From IMG/VR virus record IMGVR_UViG_3300008738_000498, positions 1-62,349 of that record: 62,349 bases of DNA; one strand, given 5' to 3'. Origin of the DNA: a virus. Lineage: Duplodnaviria; Caudoviricetes. The position numbers were made by a program, and so were the translations under genes. This document shows, in pieces, positions 1-8,888 of this stretch (positions are counted from its first letter, which is position 1; every line of letters begins with the position of its first letter). The notes under the pieces were generated by a model, which had not been told where the DNA came from, searched no databases, and saw only the letters and a list, made by a program, of their open reading frames with translations.

Positions 1-195
1 TCAGGCCGCGCGGTTGTAGCCGGTCGGCTCTGCCATCCAGGCCGCGACCTCGCTTTCGCGCCAGGCAACGGCGTTGGGACCAAGGCGGACATGCGCCGGG
101 AACTGACCAGCCTTTTCCTTCCGGCGCAAGGTCGATTCCGACAGGCCGGTCAGGGCGATCACCTCGGGGAGGCGAATGAAGCGGTCGATAGTCAT
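1..195 (-). CDS. alpA: AlpA-family HTH, probable excisionase/recombination directionality factor
   Basis: RFIRLPEV..TGLSESTL..GQFP..VRLGPNAVAWRESEV; would sit next to int across attP after excision. Confidence 0.9.
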   Translation of the reverse strand: MTIDRFIRLPEVIALTGLSESTLRRKEKAGQFPAHVRLGPNAVAWRESEVAAWMAEPTGYNRAA

Positions 196-767
196 GCTGC
201 CTCCGTCTCAAATTTGTCAGCTTCCAGCCCCCAGGCATCCCACCCCGGCCGGCTCGTACGGGCGAACAGCTCCGCGCGCGGCACGTCGCCGAACAGCCGC
301 ACGATGTCCTCGGCGACGCGATCAGGCTTGCGGCTGTGCTGGCGGATGGGCTCGACCACCAGTTGGCGCACCGCCGCGCTCTTACGCTCCATGCTGCCGG
401 TGATCCCCAGCAGGCAGGTTTCGGGATTGGCCCGCGTGTAATAGCCGGTGCCCATGTGCCAAGCCTTCGCCGTCCGCGTGCGCTTCGCCCAGGTGAACGC
501 CACGGTGCGGTATTCGAAGCCCCAGGCGCGCAGCACGTCAAAGGCTCGATCGAGCAGCGGATCGACGCACCAGAGGAAGCACGCGCAATCCTGCGCCGCC
601 AGGTGGCCCACCGGCAGGGCCGCAATGCGGTCCCAGGTCATGGTGGCATAGTGCTGGCTGGCGTTGCGCCCCTCGCCCTTCTCGGACCAGTTCTCGAACG
701 CCCAAGGCGGGTCGATGTGCAGCACGTTGTAGCCGAACATGCGCAGGTTGCCGAAGGGCCAGGTCAT
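192..767 (-). CDS. MT-A70 family N6-adenine methyltransferase
   Basis: IDPPW catalytic motif, GYYTRANPE, HSRKP, ELFAR motifs. Confidence 0.9.
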   Translation of the reverse strand: MTWPFGNLRMFGYNVLHIDPPWAFENWSEKGEGRNASQHYATMTWDRIAALPVGHLAAQDCACFLWCVDPLLDRAFDVLRAWGFEYRTVAFTWAKRTRTAKAWHMGTGYYTRANPETCLLGITGSMERKSAAVRQLVVEPIRQHSRKPDRVAEDIVRLFGDVPRAELFARTSRPGWDAWGLEADKFETEAA

Positions 768-1009
768 CGCGCAGCCTCCCTGGCATCATGCCAATCGACA
801 TTCGCCTTGAAGTCGCGCGACATTTCGGGGTCGCGCCCGTGCTCTATGCGGAATGCTGCCACGCCGCCGTAATGGAAGCTGATGTTCGTGGTCAGCCGGC
901 TATCGGCGCGCGCTGGCCATATCTTCCATTGCTGGTGGAACCATTCGCGGGTTTCGCTGTCCCCGGCGGCATAACAGTATTGGCCAATCGCCCGGTTGTC
1001 CTCAGACAT
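764..1009 (-). CDS. Hypothetical phage protein (81 aa)
   Basis: ATG at 1009, overlaps both neighbours in a coupled operon. Confidence 0.6.
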   Translation of the reverse strand: MSEDNRAIGQYCYAAGDSETREWFHQQWKIWPARADSRLTTNISFHYGGVAAFRIEHGRDPEMSRDFKANVDWHDAREAAR

Positions 1010-1463
1010 TGGCCGGCCCTCCCAGCATCCCAGCCACCGGGCTCGGCAGACCCGTCCGATATTCTTCAGCCAAGGACTTCGCGATGCGCTCGTGAACGGT
1101 CCGGTTCCCGACGGTGACCACATTCGCCAAGAACGCCTGCTCGACCGTCTCGATTCCGCTTTCGATGCTCTCGATCTTGGCCTTGATCACCAGCAGCAGC
1201 GCTCGGCCGCGCTGGCGGTTGCGCTGCTCCAGCACCTTGGCGCCATTGATCGCGCGCCCGTTGCCCGATTTGGTCGGCCCGTCGTATCGAGTTTGCAGCG
1301 GAAGGCGGAACCGGATCTGACGTTCGGCCAGCGTGAACTGGATCATGAACTCGTCGTTGCCTTCTGCCTGGATGATCTGCACTGCGCCGGCCTTGCGCAC
1401 AATGCCCACGATCTCCGACATTGACCGTTCGAACGGCACGATTGTGGTTTCAGCATAGGCCAT
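1002..1463 (-). CDS. Conserved phage hypothetical protein
   Basis: MAYAETT..RALLLVIKAKIESIESGIETVEQAFL; coupled start. Confidence 0.75.
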   Translation of the reverse strand: MAYAETTIVPFERSMSEIVGIVRKAGAVQIIQAEGNDEFMIQFTLAERQIRFRLPLQTRYDGPTKSGNGRAINGAKVLEQRNRQRGRALLLVIKAKIESIESGIETVEQAFLANVVTVGNRTVHERIAKSLAEEYRTGLPSPVAGMLGGPANV

Positions 1464-1465
1464 GG

Positions 1466-2164
1466 TCAGCCCTCCCCATCGATGTTGCCGCGCGCCACGG
1501 TGAAGCTCACTGCGACGATCCAAGGGTTGTCGGCCCAGCGCGTGCCGGGTTCGGTGTGGAGGCTGTCCCAGAGGTCGCCATAGGCGCTGTCGGGATAGAT
1601 ACGGGGTTCCAGGTCTGGAGCACCACGGTATGCAGGCAGCAGGCTGCCGATACACACCTGTTCCAAACCCTCGGCCTTTGCATCTCGCTCGCTGATCGAG
1701 CGCACCCGCTCGACGCGCACCTCGGTGACGGTCAGCGTCAGGCGCGAGGCGGCGCGCGGCATGAAGCGGCCCAGGCGCTTGTACCAGCGGGGCGCGCTGA
1801 GGAATGCCTTGCTCCTGCTCTTCAGGAAATCAGCGGGCTGGTCGAACGTCACCATCGATTTGGTGCCGACAAATGCCCACTTGTCCTTGCCGCCTTTGGT
1901 TTTGGCGCCGTCGACGCGCTCCCAATGGCCGAACTGGAAATAGGCCTCCCTGACATAGAGCTTATCGCCAACGGCATATCCGGTTTCGGCGAAGCCCAGC
2001 GCGCCCATGGCGGCATCGCATTGGGCCTGTGCCTGGTGCGGACAATCGCCGGTCGGGCAGCCATAGTATTCGGGGTTGCGCAGAAGCCGCCGAGTCTGGG
2101 TCTTGGTGCCAGCGAGAAGAGCGGCCACCATCGGCGCGCTGAAAATGATGGGGCGATCAGCCAT
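1466..2164 (-). CDS. ASCH/PUA-like phage protein
   Basis: RPIIFSAPMV..GTKTQTRR, GDKLYVRE, FMPRAASRLTL, NPWIVAVSF. Confidence 0.8.
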   Translation of the reverse strand: MADRPIIFSAPMVAALLAGTKTQTRRLLRNPEYYGCPTGDCPHQAQAQCDAAMGALGFAETGYAVGDKLYVREAYFQFGHWERVDGAKTKGGKDKWAFVGTKSMVTFDQPADFLKSRSKAFLSAPRWYKRLGRFMPRAASRLTLTVTEVRVERVRSISERDAKAEGLEQVCIGSLLPAYRGAPDLEPRIYPDSAYGDLWDSLHTEPGTRWADNPWIVAVSFTVARGNIDGEG

Positions 2165-2309
2165 TACCACGACCCTTTCCAGTTTGCTTGGCGCGCCCGG
2201 TGCCTTTGCAATATTGGCACTGGCGCTTGACCATATGGGCTTGGCCGGTGCGGCCTCGGACCCAGCGGAAGCCCTTGCCGGCGCAGGGGATGCATTTGGG
2301 CTCAGCCAT
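2157..2309 (-). CDS. Small DnaJ-type zinc-finger protein (50 aa)
   Basis: CIPCAGKG and CQYCKGTG (CxxCxGxG twice). Confidence 0.65.
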   Translation of the reverse strand: MAEPKCIPCAGKGFRWVRGRTGQAHMVKRQCQYCKGTGRAKQTGKGRGNG

Positions 2310-2772
2310 GGCGCACCTCCGGCATTCCGTTGTGCTCGATGCCGTCCAGGAGGCGGCCGGCCTTCTGCTTGCCAACATGATAAAGATGCGGGCCAGATTC
2401 CCCCCAGAACCCTGTGCACGTTCCTGGCAAAACAATGTCTTCCGGCGATTGATCTTCGCTGACCCATGCCCCCCACTGCTTGAAGTGGAACGGCACCTCA
2501 GCATCGTCGCACTGGTCACGCAGCGCCCGCACCCAATCCGGGTGCATTGGGTGGGCGCCGGGGCCGCTTTCGCCGCCGGCGATCACCCAATCGATGCGAC
2601 CATTGATACCTTCCGGACCCTCGCAGCATCCGGGACAGTAGATTGAGCCGTTCAGCACATCGACAGTCGGTGCAGATTGAACGCAATCGCAACGCCCCCA
2701 TTGATGCGGTAACGGCAGGTTGCCAAGATCCACCGGACCCAGCAGCGGCTCGCACGAGAGAAAGCGCACGGC
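2302..2772 (-). pseudogene. C-terminal remnant of DUF5131 (gp37/gp68-like) protein
   Basis: AVRFLSCEPLLG, IDWVIAGGESGP, VPFHFKQWG, AGRLLDG present; N-terminal half and RBS absent. Confidence 0.75.
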
Positions 2773-3017
2773 GACTTCGGGCGCCGGGCGAAAGCGACAT
2801 CAGCGCTGCACGGCGTGAACTGATAGATCGATCCGCCGCCGAGCAGGATCGGGCCAAGCATCACATCGCCAAACAGTGGTTCGACCTGCAGCAGCTTTGT
2901 CCCGAACCGTTCGATCTCGCTGACACGACCGATCAAAGTGCGGTGGCCCAGCGCTTCGACAATTGCATAATCGCCCTCAGGCATCGCGCCGGCAGCGATC
3001 GGTGTTGATTCAGCCAT
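2652..3017 (-). pseudogene. Phage hypothetical protein, probably 3'-truncated at a deletion junction near 2773
   Basis: YAIVEALGHRTLIGRVSEIERFG..GGGSIYQFTPC then runs out of frame into the DUF5131 remnant. Confidence 0.55.
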
Positions 3018-3019
3018 GA

Positions 3020-3247
3020 TCAAACAACCTCATATTCGCGGATTTCAAATGGGTGCGCCGGGCGGGATATTGCCCATTGCGTCGAGGGCTTTCCGCCGCC
3101 GGCCGGCCAAGGATCATCACCCTCGGCCCGGCTGTCGTAGTCGTTGAACAAACGGACATGGACTTTGCGGAAGCCGATGACGTTGCCGTCCTCATCGAGC
3201 ACCAGGGCATCGCGGGGAATGCGGCCAGGGTTCTGTTTCCAGGCCAC
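3020..3247 (-). CDS. Hypothetical phage protein
   Basis: Tightly packed ORF in the early-left operon. Confidence 0.6.
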   Translation of the reverse strand: MAWKQNPGRIPRDALVLDEDGNVIGFRKVHVRLFNDYDSRAEGDDPWPAGGGKPSTQWAISRPAHPFEIREYEVV

Positions 3248-3248
3248 A

Positions 3249-3452
3249 TCACGATGCCTCGGGGCCGATTTCAGCCAGCACCTGCACGACCTGAAACACG
3301 TCCTGCGGCTGCAGGCGGTTCAGGCGCTCGGCCTCGGTGACCGCAGAAGCCAGGGTGGCGTGCCGGCGGCGCGGCAGCTTCTGGGCTGGACTGTCCACGG
3401 TCTTGCCGGGCGCGCGGCGGCGCCAGACGTAGAAGGCGGCGGTGGCAGCCAT
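3249..3452 (-). CDS. Hypothetical phage protein (67 aa)
   Basis: ATG at 3452 coupled to upstream stop; RRHATLASAVTEAERL. Confidence 0.6.
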   Translation of the reverse strand: MAATAAFYVWRRRAPGKTVDSPAQKLPRRRHATLASAVTEAERLNRLQPQDVFQVVQVLAEIGPEAS

Positions 3453-3667
3453 CAGTCGCACCCCGACAGCAGCGCAGCGACGGCAAAGATCACCACGCCG
3501 ATCAGGAACAGGCTGCCCAGCGCCACCGGCACAACCAGCAGCGGCGACAGCACCCACCACCATGACCAAGTGATATAGCCGGTCAGCTTGAGCGCGATGA
3601 ACACGATGGTCAGCAGGCCAAGAAAGCCGAAGCCGCCCTGTTGTGCTTGGTCTTTGGTGTTGCTCAT
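3452..3667 (-). CDS. Small two-TM phage membrane protein
   Basis: GFLGLLTIVFIALKLTGYITWSWWWVLSPL signature. Confidence 0.8.
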   Translation of the reverse strand: MSNTKDQAQQGGFGFLGLLTIVFIALKLTGYITWSWWWVLSPLLVVPVALGSLFLIGVVIFAVAALLSGCD

Positions 3668-3717
3668 GAAATTGTCGGCGCCGTTTGTTGGACTGACGCG
3701 CCGTCCCTGGCGAATGG

Positions 3718-3921
3718 TCAAAACGGGATTTCAGTGCGCGGCCGGCGATAGCCGGTGCGCTGAAACAGCCCGGCGCGCTGCGCGATTTCCTTGACGGTCT
3801 TGTGGGCCAGGCCGAACCGCTGGGCGGTTTCCCAGCGGTCGGCGCCCGCACGCAGGGCTCTGATCACCTCACCGCGGCGACGGGCACGCGCGGCATGGCT
3901 CAGGGGTTCGGCGGCGGGCAT
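3718..3921 (-). CDS. Small HTH-like protein
   Basis: ETAQRFGLAHKTVKEIA helix-turn-helix pattern. Confidence 0.55.
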   Translation of the reverse strand: MPAAEPLSHAARARRRGEVIRALRAGADRWETAQRFGLAHKTVKEIAQRAGLFQRTGYRRPRTEIPF

Positions 3922-3924
3922 CGG

Positions 3925-4959
3925 TCAGGCCCCCTTCACGCGGCGGCGGGCGGCGGCGATGCGCTTTTGCAGATCGTCGGCCACATCATCCGGCAGCCCG
4001 GCGGCGTTCTTCACGAACACGTCATCGGCGGCCTTGATCGCGGCGTTCGTGGTGGCGGCGTCGAGGTTGGCCTTGAGGCCTTCGACCAGGTTCCACCAGG
4101 CGGGCAGTTCGCTGTCGCTGTTGGCCTCGCCCATGTCTTCGTCGGCGCGGCCTTCGGGTTCGTGGGCGGGCGGGATGTGGTCGGCGTCGAGCGCGCGGGC
4201 GGTTTCCTCGTCCACCTCGGTCATGCCGGTAGCGGGATCGCGCGGCAGAACCTCGCCTGTGCTGGGATCATGGGCTTCGCTTGCCTGCTGGACCTCGGCC
4301 GCGAAATCGACGGCGCTGGGCAGCACCATCGCATCCGAACCCGTCATCGTGGCGCCAGCATTGATGTCGTCGATGCCTTCGACGCCAAGCGGGATGCCAA
4401 GTCCGAGGCGCACCGTCTGGCAGAAACAGCGCACATCAAGCATGTGGTGCGGGGAATTGTTCCACGGCTCGGTGTTGCGCTTGAATTCCTTGAGGTAGAC
4501 CAGCTTCTTGGTCGGGTGGCTGCGATCCTTGCGGTGCAGGATGCCCTCGATCGCCTTGAGGTTGCCGTTGCCATCCTCGATATGATCGGCTTCGAAGCCG
4601 TCGTACTGGGGATGATTGTTGGCGATCTTGATCCAGCCATCGTAGCCAACGATCGCCTGGATACCGCCGCCCTTCTTGGGGAAAGCATAGATTTCGCGCA
4701 GCAGCGGGTTCAGATTGTAGGTGTTCGAGACGATCACCAGGGCGATGAATTCGGCCTGCGAGCAGCCCTTGAACGCGGTCTGCATCAAGGTCTGCTGCAG
4801 CGAGCCAGGACTGACGTCGAGGCGGGCGGACAGCGATTCCAGCGCGGTCATCTTGCGCGGCTGCGGATTGTCGCGCGCCGCGCGGGCGGCGATAGCGCGC
4901 TGGGTGCTGGCTTCGATTTCGGCATTTTGGCGCGCAATAGCGGCGGCACGGACGGACAT
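3925..4959 (-). CDS. bet: Bet/RecT family single-strand annealing recombinase
   Basis: LNPLLREIYAFPKKGGGIQAIVGYDGWIKIANNHPQYDG, lambda Bet-like. Confidence 0.9.
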   Translation of the reverse strand: MSVRAAAIARQNAEIEASTQRAIAARAARDNPQPRKMTALESLSARLDVSPGSLQQTLMQTAFKGCSQAEFIALVIVSNTYNLNPLLREIYAFPKKGGGIQAIVGYDGWIKIANNHPQYDGFEADHIEDGNGNLKAIEGILHRKDRSHPTKKLVYLKEFKRNTEPWNNSPHHMLDVRCFCQTVRLGLGIPLGVEGIDDINAGATMTGSDAMVLPSAVDFAAEVQQASEAHDPSTGEVLPRDPATGMTEVDEETARALDADHIPPAHEPEGRADEDMGEANSDSELPAWWNLVEGLKANLDAATTNAAIKAADDVFVKNAAGLPDDVADDLQKRIAAARRRVKGA

Positions 4960-4973
4960 GGGGTATTCTCCTG

Positions 4974-5294
4974 TCAAAATGGGATATCGTCTTCTTCGAT
5001 TTCGGCTGTGGCGTTGCGCTGGCGCTCACGGTGCAGACGGGCCAAGCGCTTGCGGCGCTGCTCGCTCTCGTGTTCGCGCTGGGGCAGCGCGCCGATCTGG
5101 CGCAGTTCGAAGTCGATCAGGTTCTGCACGGTCGATCGCGTCGGCTCGGGCAGGATGTAGACCAGAGCCCAAAGACTGCGCATCCGGAACACCCGGAAGT
5201 TCCGCTCGGTCGCCGCCTTCTGTTTCTCGGTGCGGTTATCCTCGCGGTCCGGGTCCCATGGCCTGGGCTGGAAAGGGCGGCGGAGCGGAATCAT
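4974..5294 (-). CDS. Hypothetical protein ending in an SSB-like EEDDIPF tail
   Basis: ATG at 5294 coupled to upstream stop; C-terminal DDIPF. Confidence 0.6.
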   Translation of the reverse strand: MIPLRRPFQPRPWDPDREDNRTEKQKAATERNFRVFRMRSLWALVYILPEPTRSTVQNLIDFELRQIGALPQREHESEQRRKRLARLHRERQRNATAEIEEDDIPF

Positions 5295-5539
5295 CAGAAC
5301 GTGCCCTGCTCGTCTTCGGCGGCCGCAGGTTCTTCGGGTTCGGCAAGACCCAGGACAGGCTTGCACGCGAACGGGGGCGCCTCGTCGCTGATCGACACGA
5401 CCTCGACGCGCTTCCAGCCATCGCTGCGGGCATCGGCGACCTTCACCATGTCGCCGGGCTTCAAAGGCTCGCCGTCGTGTACATAGGTGTAGGTTCGGGT
5501 GTCGGTGGGGCGGAAACGGCAGGCCACGTATTGGGGCAT
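5294..5539 (-). CDS. Hypothetical phage protein
   Basis: AAGGAG RBS; RTYTY..LKPGDMVKV. Confidence 0.7.
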   Translation of the reverse strand: MPQYVACRFRPTDTRTYTYVHDGEPLKPGDMVKVADARSDGWKRVEVVSISDEAPPFACKPVLGLAEPEEPAAAEDEQGTF

Positions 5540-5565
5540 GGGAATCTCCTTGATCTACGGAATGG

Positions 5566-6435
5566 TCAGCGGGCCACGGCCTGCTGGGTCGGCCACACGC
5601 GGCAGCCGGGAATTTCGCGCGAGCCGGCGCGGACAAGGCGCGCGACGGCGGCCTCGATCGCCTCCTTGACCTTCGGGTCGGACTTCACCGCCTTGAAGGC
5701 CTTGGCGTGGTCATCGACGGCGCTGTTCCAGACCGTCTTGGTCGAAACCGTGGCGCCGTCGTCGCTGCGGATCGGCTCGACCTTCGCGACCGGCGCCGGG
5801 GCCAGGGCTGCGGCGGACATCGCGCTTTCGGCAGCCTGGCGCGCAGCCTCGGCGGCCTGCTCTGCGGCTTCACGCTCGGCGGCGCTGGTGGCCTCGCGGG
5901 CGGCTCGGGCAGCGGCAGCTTCTGCGGCCAGGCGATCGCGCTCAGCGCGCATGGCGGCTTCGGCGGCGGCGCGCTGTTCTGCAGCGATGCGTTCACGCTC
6001 GGCGCGCGCCTCGGCTTCCTTCTTGGCGGCGTAATCGTTGAGCTGCCCCTGCACCTTGTTGCGCGCCGTCATCAGCTTGGCAGCGAGGTCATTTTTCTGG
6101 GCATCGACCACGCGGCCGCCGGTCAGATAAGGAGTCTTGGCCACCTTGTGGGCGACATCGACGTGGTCGAGCGCGGCGCGGACCAGCTTGATATAGCTGC
6201 CGCCGCGAGCATAACTGTCGTCATCGGCGACATTGGCGCGATCGGCGCCGGCAATGATGTCCTCGACCTTCTGCTCGAAGTCCGGCCGATCGGCCAGCAA
6301 CGCTTCGCGGAACGCGGCACGCGCTTCCTCTTCGACCGGGGGCTTGTTGTGCCCGGCAACGGCGCGGGCAGCGGTGGGCTGCTCGGGCCAGGGCGCAACA
6401 TCGTCGAAAACGGGCTTGGGCTGGGCAATGGGCAT
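5566..6435 (-). CDS. Coiled-coil phage protein of the recombination module
   Basis: GAGGAGG RBS; Ala/Glu/Arg coiled coil; C-terminal REIPGCRV. Confidence 0.75.
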   Translation of the reverse strand: MPIAQPKPVFDDVAPWPEQPTAARAVAGHNKPPVEEEARAAFREALLADRPDFEQKVEDIIAGADRANVADDDSYARGGSYIKLVRAALDHVDVAHKVAKTPYLTGGRVVDAQKNDLAAKLMTARNKVQGQLNDYAAKKEAEARAERERIAAEQRAAAEAAMRAERDRLAAEAAAARAAREATSAAEREAAEQAAEAARQAAESAMSAAALAPAPVAKVEPIRSDDGATVSTKTVWNSAVDDHAKAFKAVKSDPKVKEAIEAAVARLVRAGSREIPGCRVWPTQQAVAR

Positions 6436-6445
6436 AGTTGCCTCC

Positions 6446-6841
6446 TCAGAAGGGCAAAGGGGTGGATCGGCTCAGGGGATCAATGCGCCGGCCGCGTTGA
6501 GCCCAGGCGCTGTCGGGTGCATGCTCGCGCGCCCAGGTCTGTCGGGCGCAGTAGTGGCGGTATTCGGCTTCGGTGATCGGATCGCCGGCGCAGACCGGCC
6601 AGACCTGATCCAGTTCGATCGGCTCGCCATTGGCTTGGGCCTGCCAGCGCCAGGACCGGTCCATTTCCTCGCCGGTTACCGGATCAAGCGGGGCGCCGTA
6701 CCAGATGCGCACGCCGACATAGACGGCGCCTGCGCGGGGCTTGTGGCGGTAGTATCCCTCTGCCGGTTGGCGCACATCCACACCGGCCGCCATGGGCATG
6801 GTGCTGGCGGCGCCGCCGTAGGATAGAGGGGCGCGGCTCAC
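6446..6841 (-). CDS. Hypothetical phage protein
   Basis: P.EGYYR..PLDPVTGEEMDRSWRW; coupled start. Confidence 0.7.
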   Translation of the reverse strand: MSRAPLSYGGAASTMPMAAGVDVRQPAEGYYRHKPRAGAVYVGVRIWYGAPLDPVTGEEMDRSWRWQAQANGEPIELDQVWPVCAGDPITEAEYRHYCARQTWAREHAPDSAWAQRGRRIDPLSRSTPLPF

Positions 6842-7077
6842 TGCCCTTCCCCGCCCTTGTCAGCACCGGCCTCGACAGCGCTGATGGGAGACGGGCGCGC
6901 ACCGACAGGGGAAACCGGCGAGGCTGCGCGTGGGGAGAGGATGCGGGCCAGCCAGCCACGCCGCCGGGCTTCGCGCTGGGCCTTCCATTCATCCATGGTC
7001 AGCGCGCGGGTGCCATCGGGCAGCGGCGGAAGGGCGGTGCCGGCTTTCGACGTGCCGGAGACGCGGACAGCGGCCAT
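6838..7077 (-). CDS. Hypothetical protein (79 aa)
   Basis: ATG at 7077; operon packing. Confidence 0.5.
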   Translation of the reverse strand: MAAVRVSGTSKAGTALPPLPDGTRALTMDEWKAQREARRRGWLARILSPRAASPVSPVGARPSPISAVEAGADKGGEGQ

Positions 7078-7079
7078 GA

Positions 7080-7214
7080 TCAATACCCCAGGATCAGCCC
7101 GGCCGCGCCGAAAAGCGCGAACAGCAGGGCGGTTGCGAGTATGGTGATGCCGGTTCCGATCACGGCCATGGTGGGCGTGATGCCGGCTTGGGTGAGGAGG
7201 GCGCGCCAGGTCAT
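7080..7214 (-). CDS. Small single-TM protein (44 aa), not in the ORF track
   Basis: MTWRALLTQAGITPTMAVIGTGITILATALLFALFGAAGLILGY; ATGA overlap with HNH stop. Confidence 0.55.
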   Translation of the reverse strand: MTWRALLTQAGITPTMAVIGTGITILATALLFALFGAAGLILGY

Positions 7215-7708
7215 GCCGGCACCTTCGCGGTGCGCTTTGCCACGGCCAGCGCCACCTTCTCGGCGACGCTAAGGTGCCCGGCCTCCTGGTTGCAGGAAGC
7301 ATGCGCGCAGACCAAATTGCTGATGTGGTTCGGGCCGCCGTGGGCTATCGGCACCAAGTGCTCGAGCGTCACGTCGTCGGCCAGCGGGTCGCCGCAGAAA
7401 AAGCAATCGCCACCATCGCGATCAAGAATACGCAGAACGGCGGAACGACGTTGCGCATGCCCTGCTCGGTTGACCACGACCACAGGCGCAATGGAGCCCT
7501 TCTTGGCCTTGATGTGCTCTTGGGCCATCTCGGCTTCGGGGTTCCAGGTCTGCTTGCCCTTGGCGTTCCGGTAGATGATGCCGACGCCATAGAGGGTACG
7601 AAACCGCGCAACCTCATAGGGGTTCGTGGGGGCCAAGCGTTCGCCGCCGGCCGCGACGATCGCGGTCAGCAGCTTTTCGATGGTCTGGTCCGGGGTTGGT
7701 TTGGCCAT
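7211..7708 (-). CDS. HNH endonuclease
   Basis: RDGGDCFFCG..TLEHLVP..GGPNHISNLVCAHASCN. Confidence 0.9.
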   Translation of the reverse strand: MAKPTPDQTIEKLLTAIVAAGGERLAPTNPYEVARFRTLYGVGIIYRNAKGKQTWNPEAEMAQEHIKAKKGSIAPVVVVNRAGHAQRRSAVLRILDRDGGDCFFCGDPLADDVTLEHLVPIAHGGPNHISNLVCAHASCNQEAGHLSVAEKVALAVAKRTAKVPA

Positions 7709-7710
7709 GA

Positions 7711-8091
7711 TCAGCCTTCCCCGCGCGCGGCGGCAAGGGCGGTGCGGGCGAGCTCTATGTCTTCGCCGCGAATGCTGTTTTCGACATAGCCGTCTGGCAT
7801 CGTATCGCCACATACAGCGAGTATGCCCTCCAACGCCTCCACAAGCTGTGCGATCAGGGCGGATTGCGAGGGGGCTGGATGCTCCGTGGTGACGGCGTTG
7901 GCCACGTTCCGCGTCGCGCGCACAATCGCGCACCCATTGGCTCGACAGTCATCGCTTGAACAGCAGCACGCCTGCGCCGATGCCATCAACACGGGCTGAG
8001 CAGCGAGAGAGGCCGGGACTGCACCCTCCACCACCGCAGCCACGCTCTCGTCGTGCGGCCCGATGTGAGGCGGGATATGGTCGGGGGTCAC
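7711..8091 (-). CDS. Hypothetical phage protein
   Basis: C-terminal LVEALE..ARTALAAARGE typical of phage early small proteins. Confidence 0.55.
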   Translation of the reverse strand: MTPDHIPPHIGPHDESVAAVVEGAVPASLAAQPVLMASAQACCCSSDDCRANGCAIVRATRNVANAVTTEHPAPSQSALIAQLVEALEGILAVCGDTMPDGYVENSIRGEDIELARTALAAARGEG

Positions 8092-8459
8092 AGCACGATC
8101 TCCCGCGCCGGCGCGCCAACCGCATCAGCCCCAGGCGTCCACTGCCAAGCCTCGACCGGTGCGAAGTCCTCGACAGCCAGCTCCACGATCAGATCGGCGC
8201 GCAGCTGATGCACCTTCACCGCGTGGGCAAAGCCGGGCTTGCGGGCCCACATCTCCTTGCCCTGCTTGATCTGGTAGATCCGCAGCGTCTGCTTGCCGCC
8301 GGCGCTTTCCAGCACCACGAACTGGTCCTTGTGGGCGCAGGATTCCTGGGCCTCGGTCACGGCGTTGCCGAGCGTGCTGGCTTCGATCCGCAGCGGGTAG
8401 TGGACGCCGTTGTGCAGCTTCCATGCGCGATAGGTGGGGGTCATGGGGACGGGGCGCAT
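8088..8459 (-). CDS. Hypothetical phage protein
   Basis: Coupled ORF in the PL operon. Confidence 0.6.
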   Translation of the reverse strand: MRPVPMTPTYRAWKLHNGVHYPLRIEASTLGNAVTEAQESCAHKDQFVVLESAGGKQTLRIYQIKQGKEMWARKPGFAHAVKVHQLRADLIVELAVEDFAPVEAWQWTPGADAVGAPAREIVL

Positions 8460-8462
8460 GGC

Positions 8463-8660
8463 TCAGGCCTCCCCGTTGATGCGGCGGTTGATCATTGCGA
8501 TTGCCTCGCGCGGATCATCATCCGTCATCATAAAGTCTTCGTCGGGAAGGCCGGGGCGACGCACCAATACGGCGATCTTCGCGCCCGGCTTGAACACCTG
8601 AAGGATTTCATCCATCAGGGCGGCCACATTCTGCTGTGCAATTTGCAGCTTAGGAGACAT
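8463..8660 (-). CDS. Hypothetical phage protein
   Basis: GGAGG RBS; operon packing. Confidence 0.6.
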   Translation of the reverse strand: MSPKLQIAQQNVAALMDEILQVFKPGAKIAVLVRRPGLPDEDFMMTDDDPREAIAMINRRINGEA

Positions 8661-8663
8661 CGC

Positions 8664-8888
8664 TCAGGCCTCCTTGGCTTCGCGCGCCTTGCGCAGGCGT
8701 TCGGCGGCGGCGGCGCGCTGCTCGTCCGACATCTCGCGCTTGGCGCGGAACGGGTTCTTGCCCATGCGGAAGGGGTGAAGGGCGCAGGTCGTGATGTGGC
8801 AATCGGCCACCAGCGACGGGTGATCAGCACAGCAATCCAGGCACTTGGCGCGGATCGCCTTGAGGACGGGAATCGGTTCCATGGTCAT
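8664..8888 (-). CDS. Small Cys-rich phage protein
   Basis: LKAIRAKCLDCC..C..TTCALHPFRMGKNP. Confidence 0.75.
   Translation of the reverse strand: MTMEPIPVLKAIRAKCLDCCADHPSLVADCHITTCALHPFRMGKNPFRAKREMSDEQRAAAAERLRKAREAKEA

Noticed and set aside
1-200. Second att copy
   Set aside because: No duplicate of the tRNA-Ser 3' end seen inside the window
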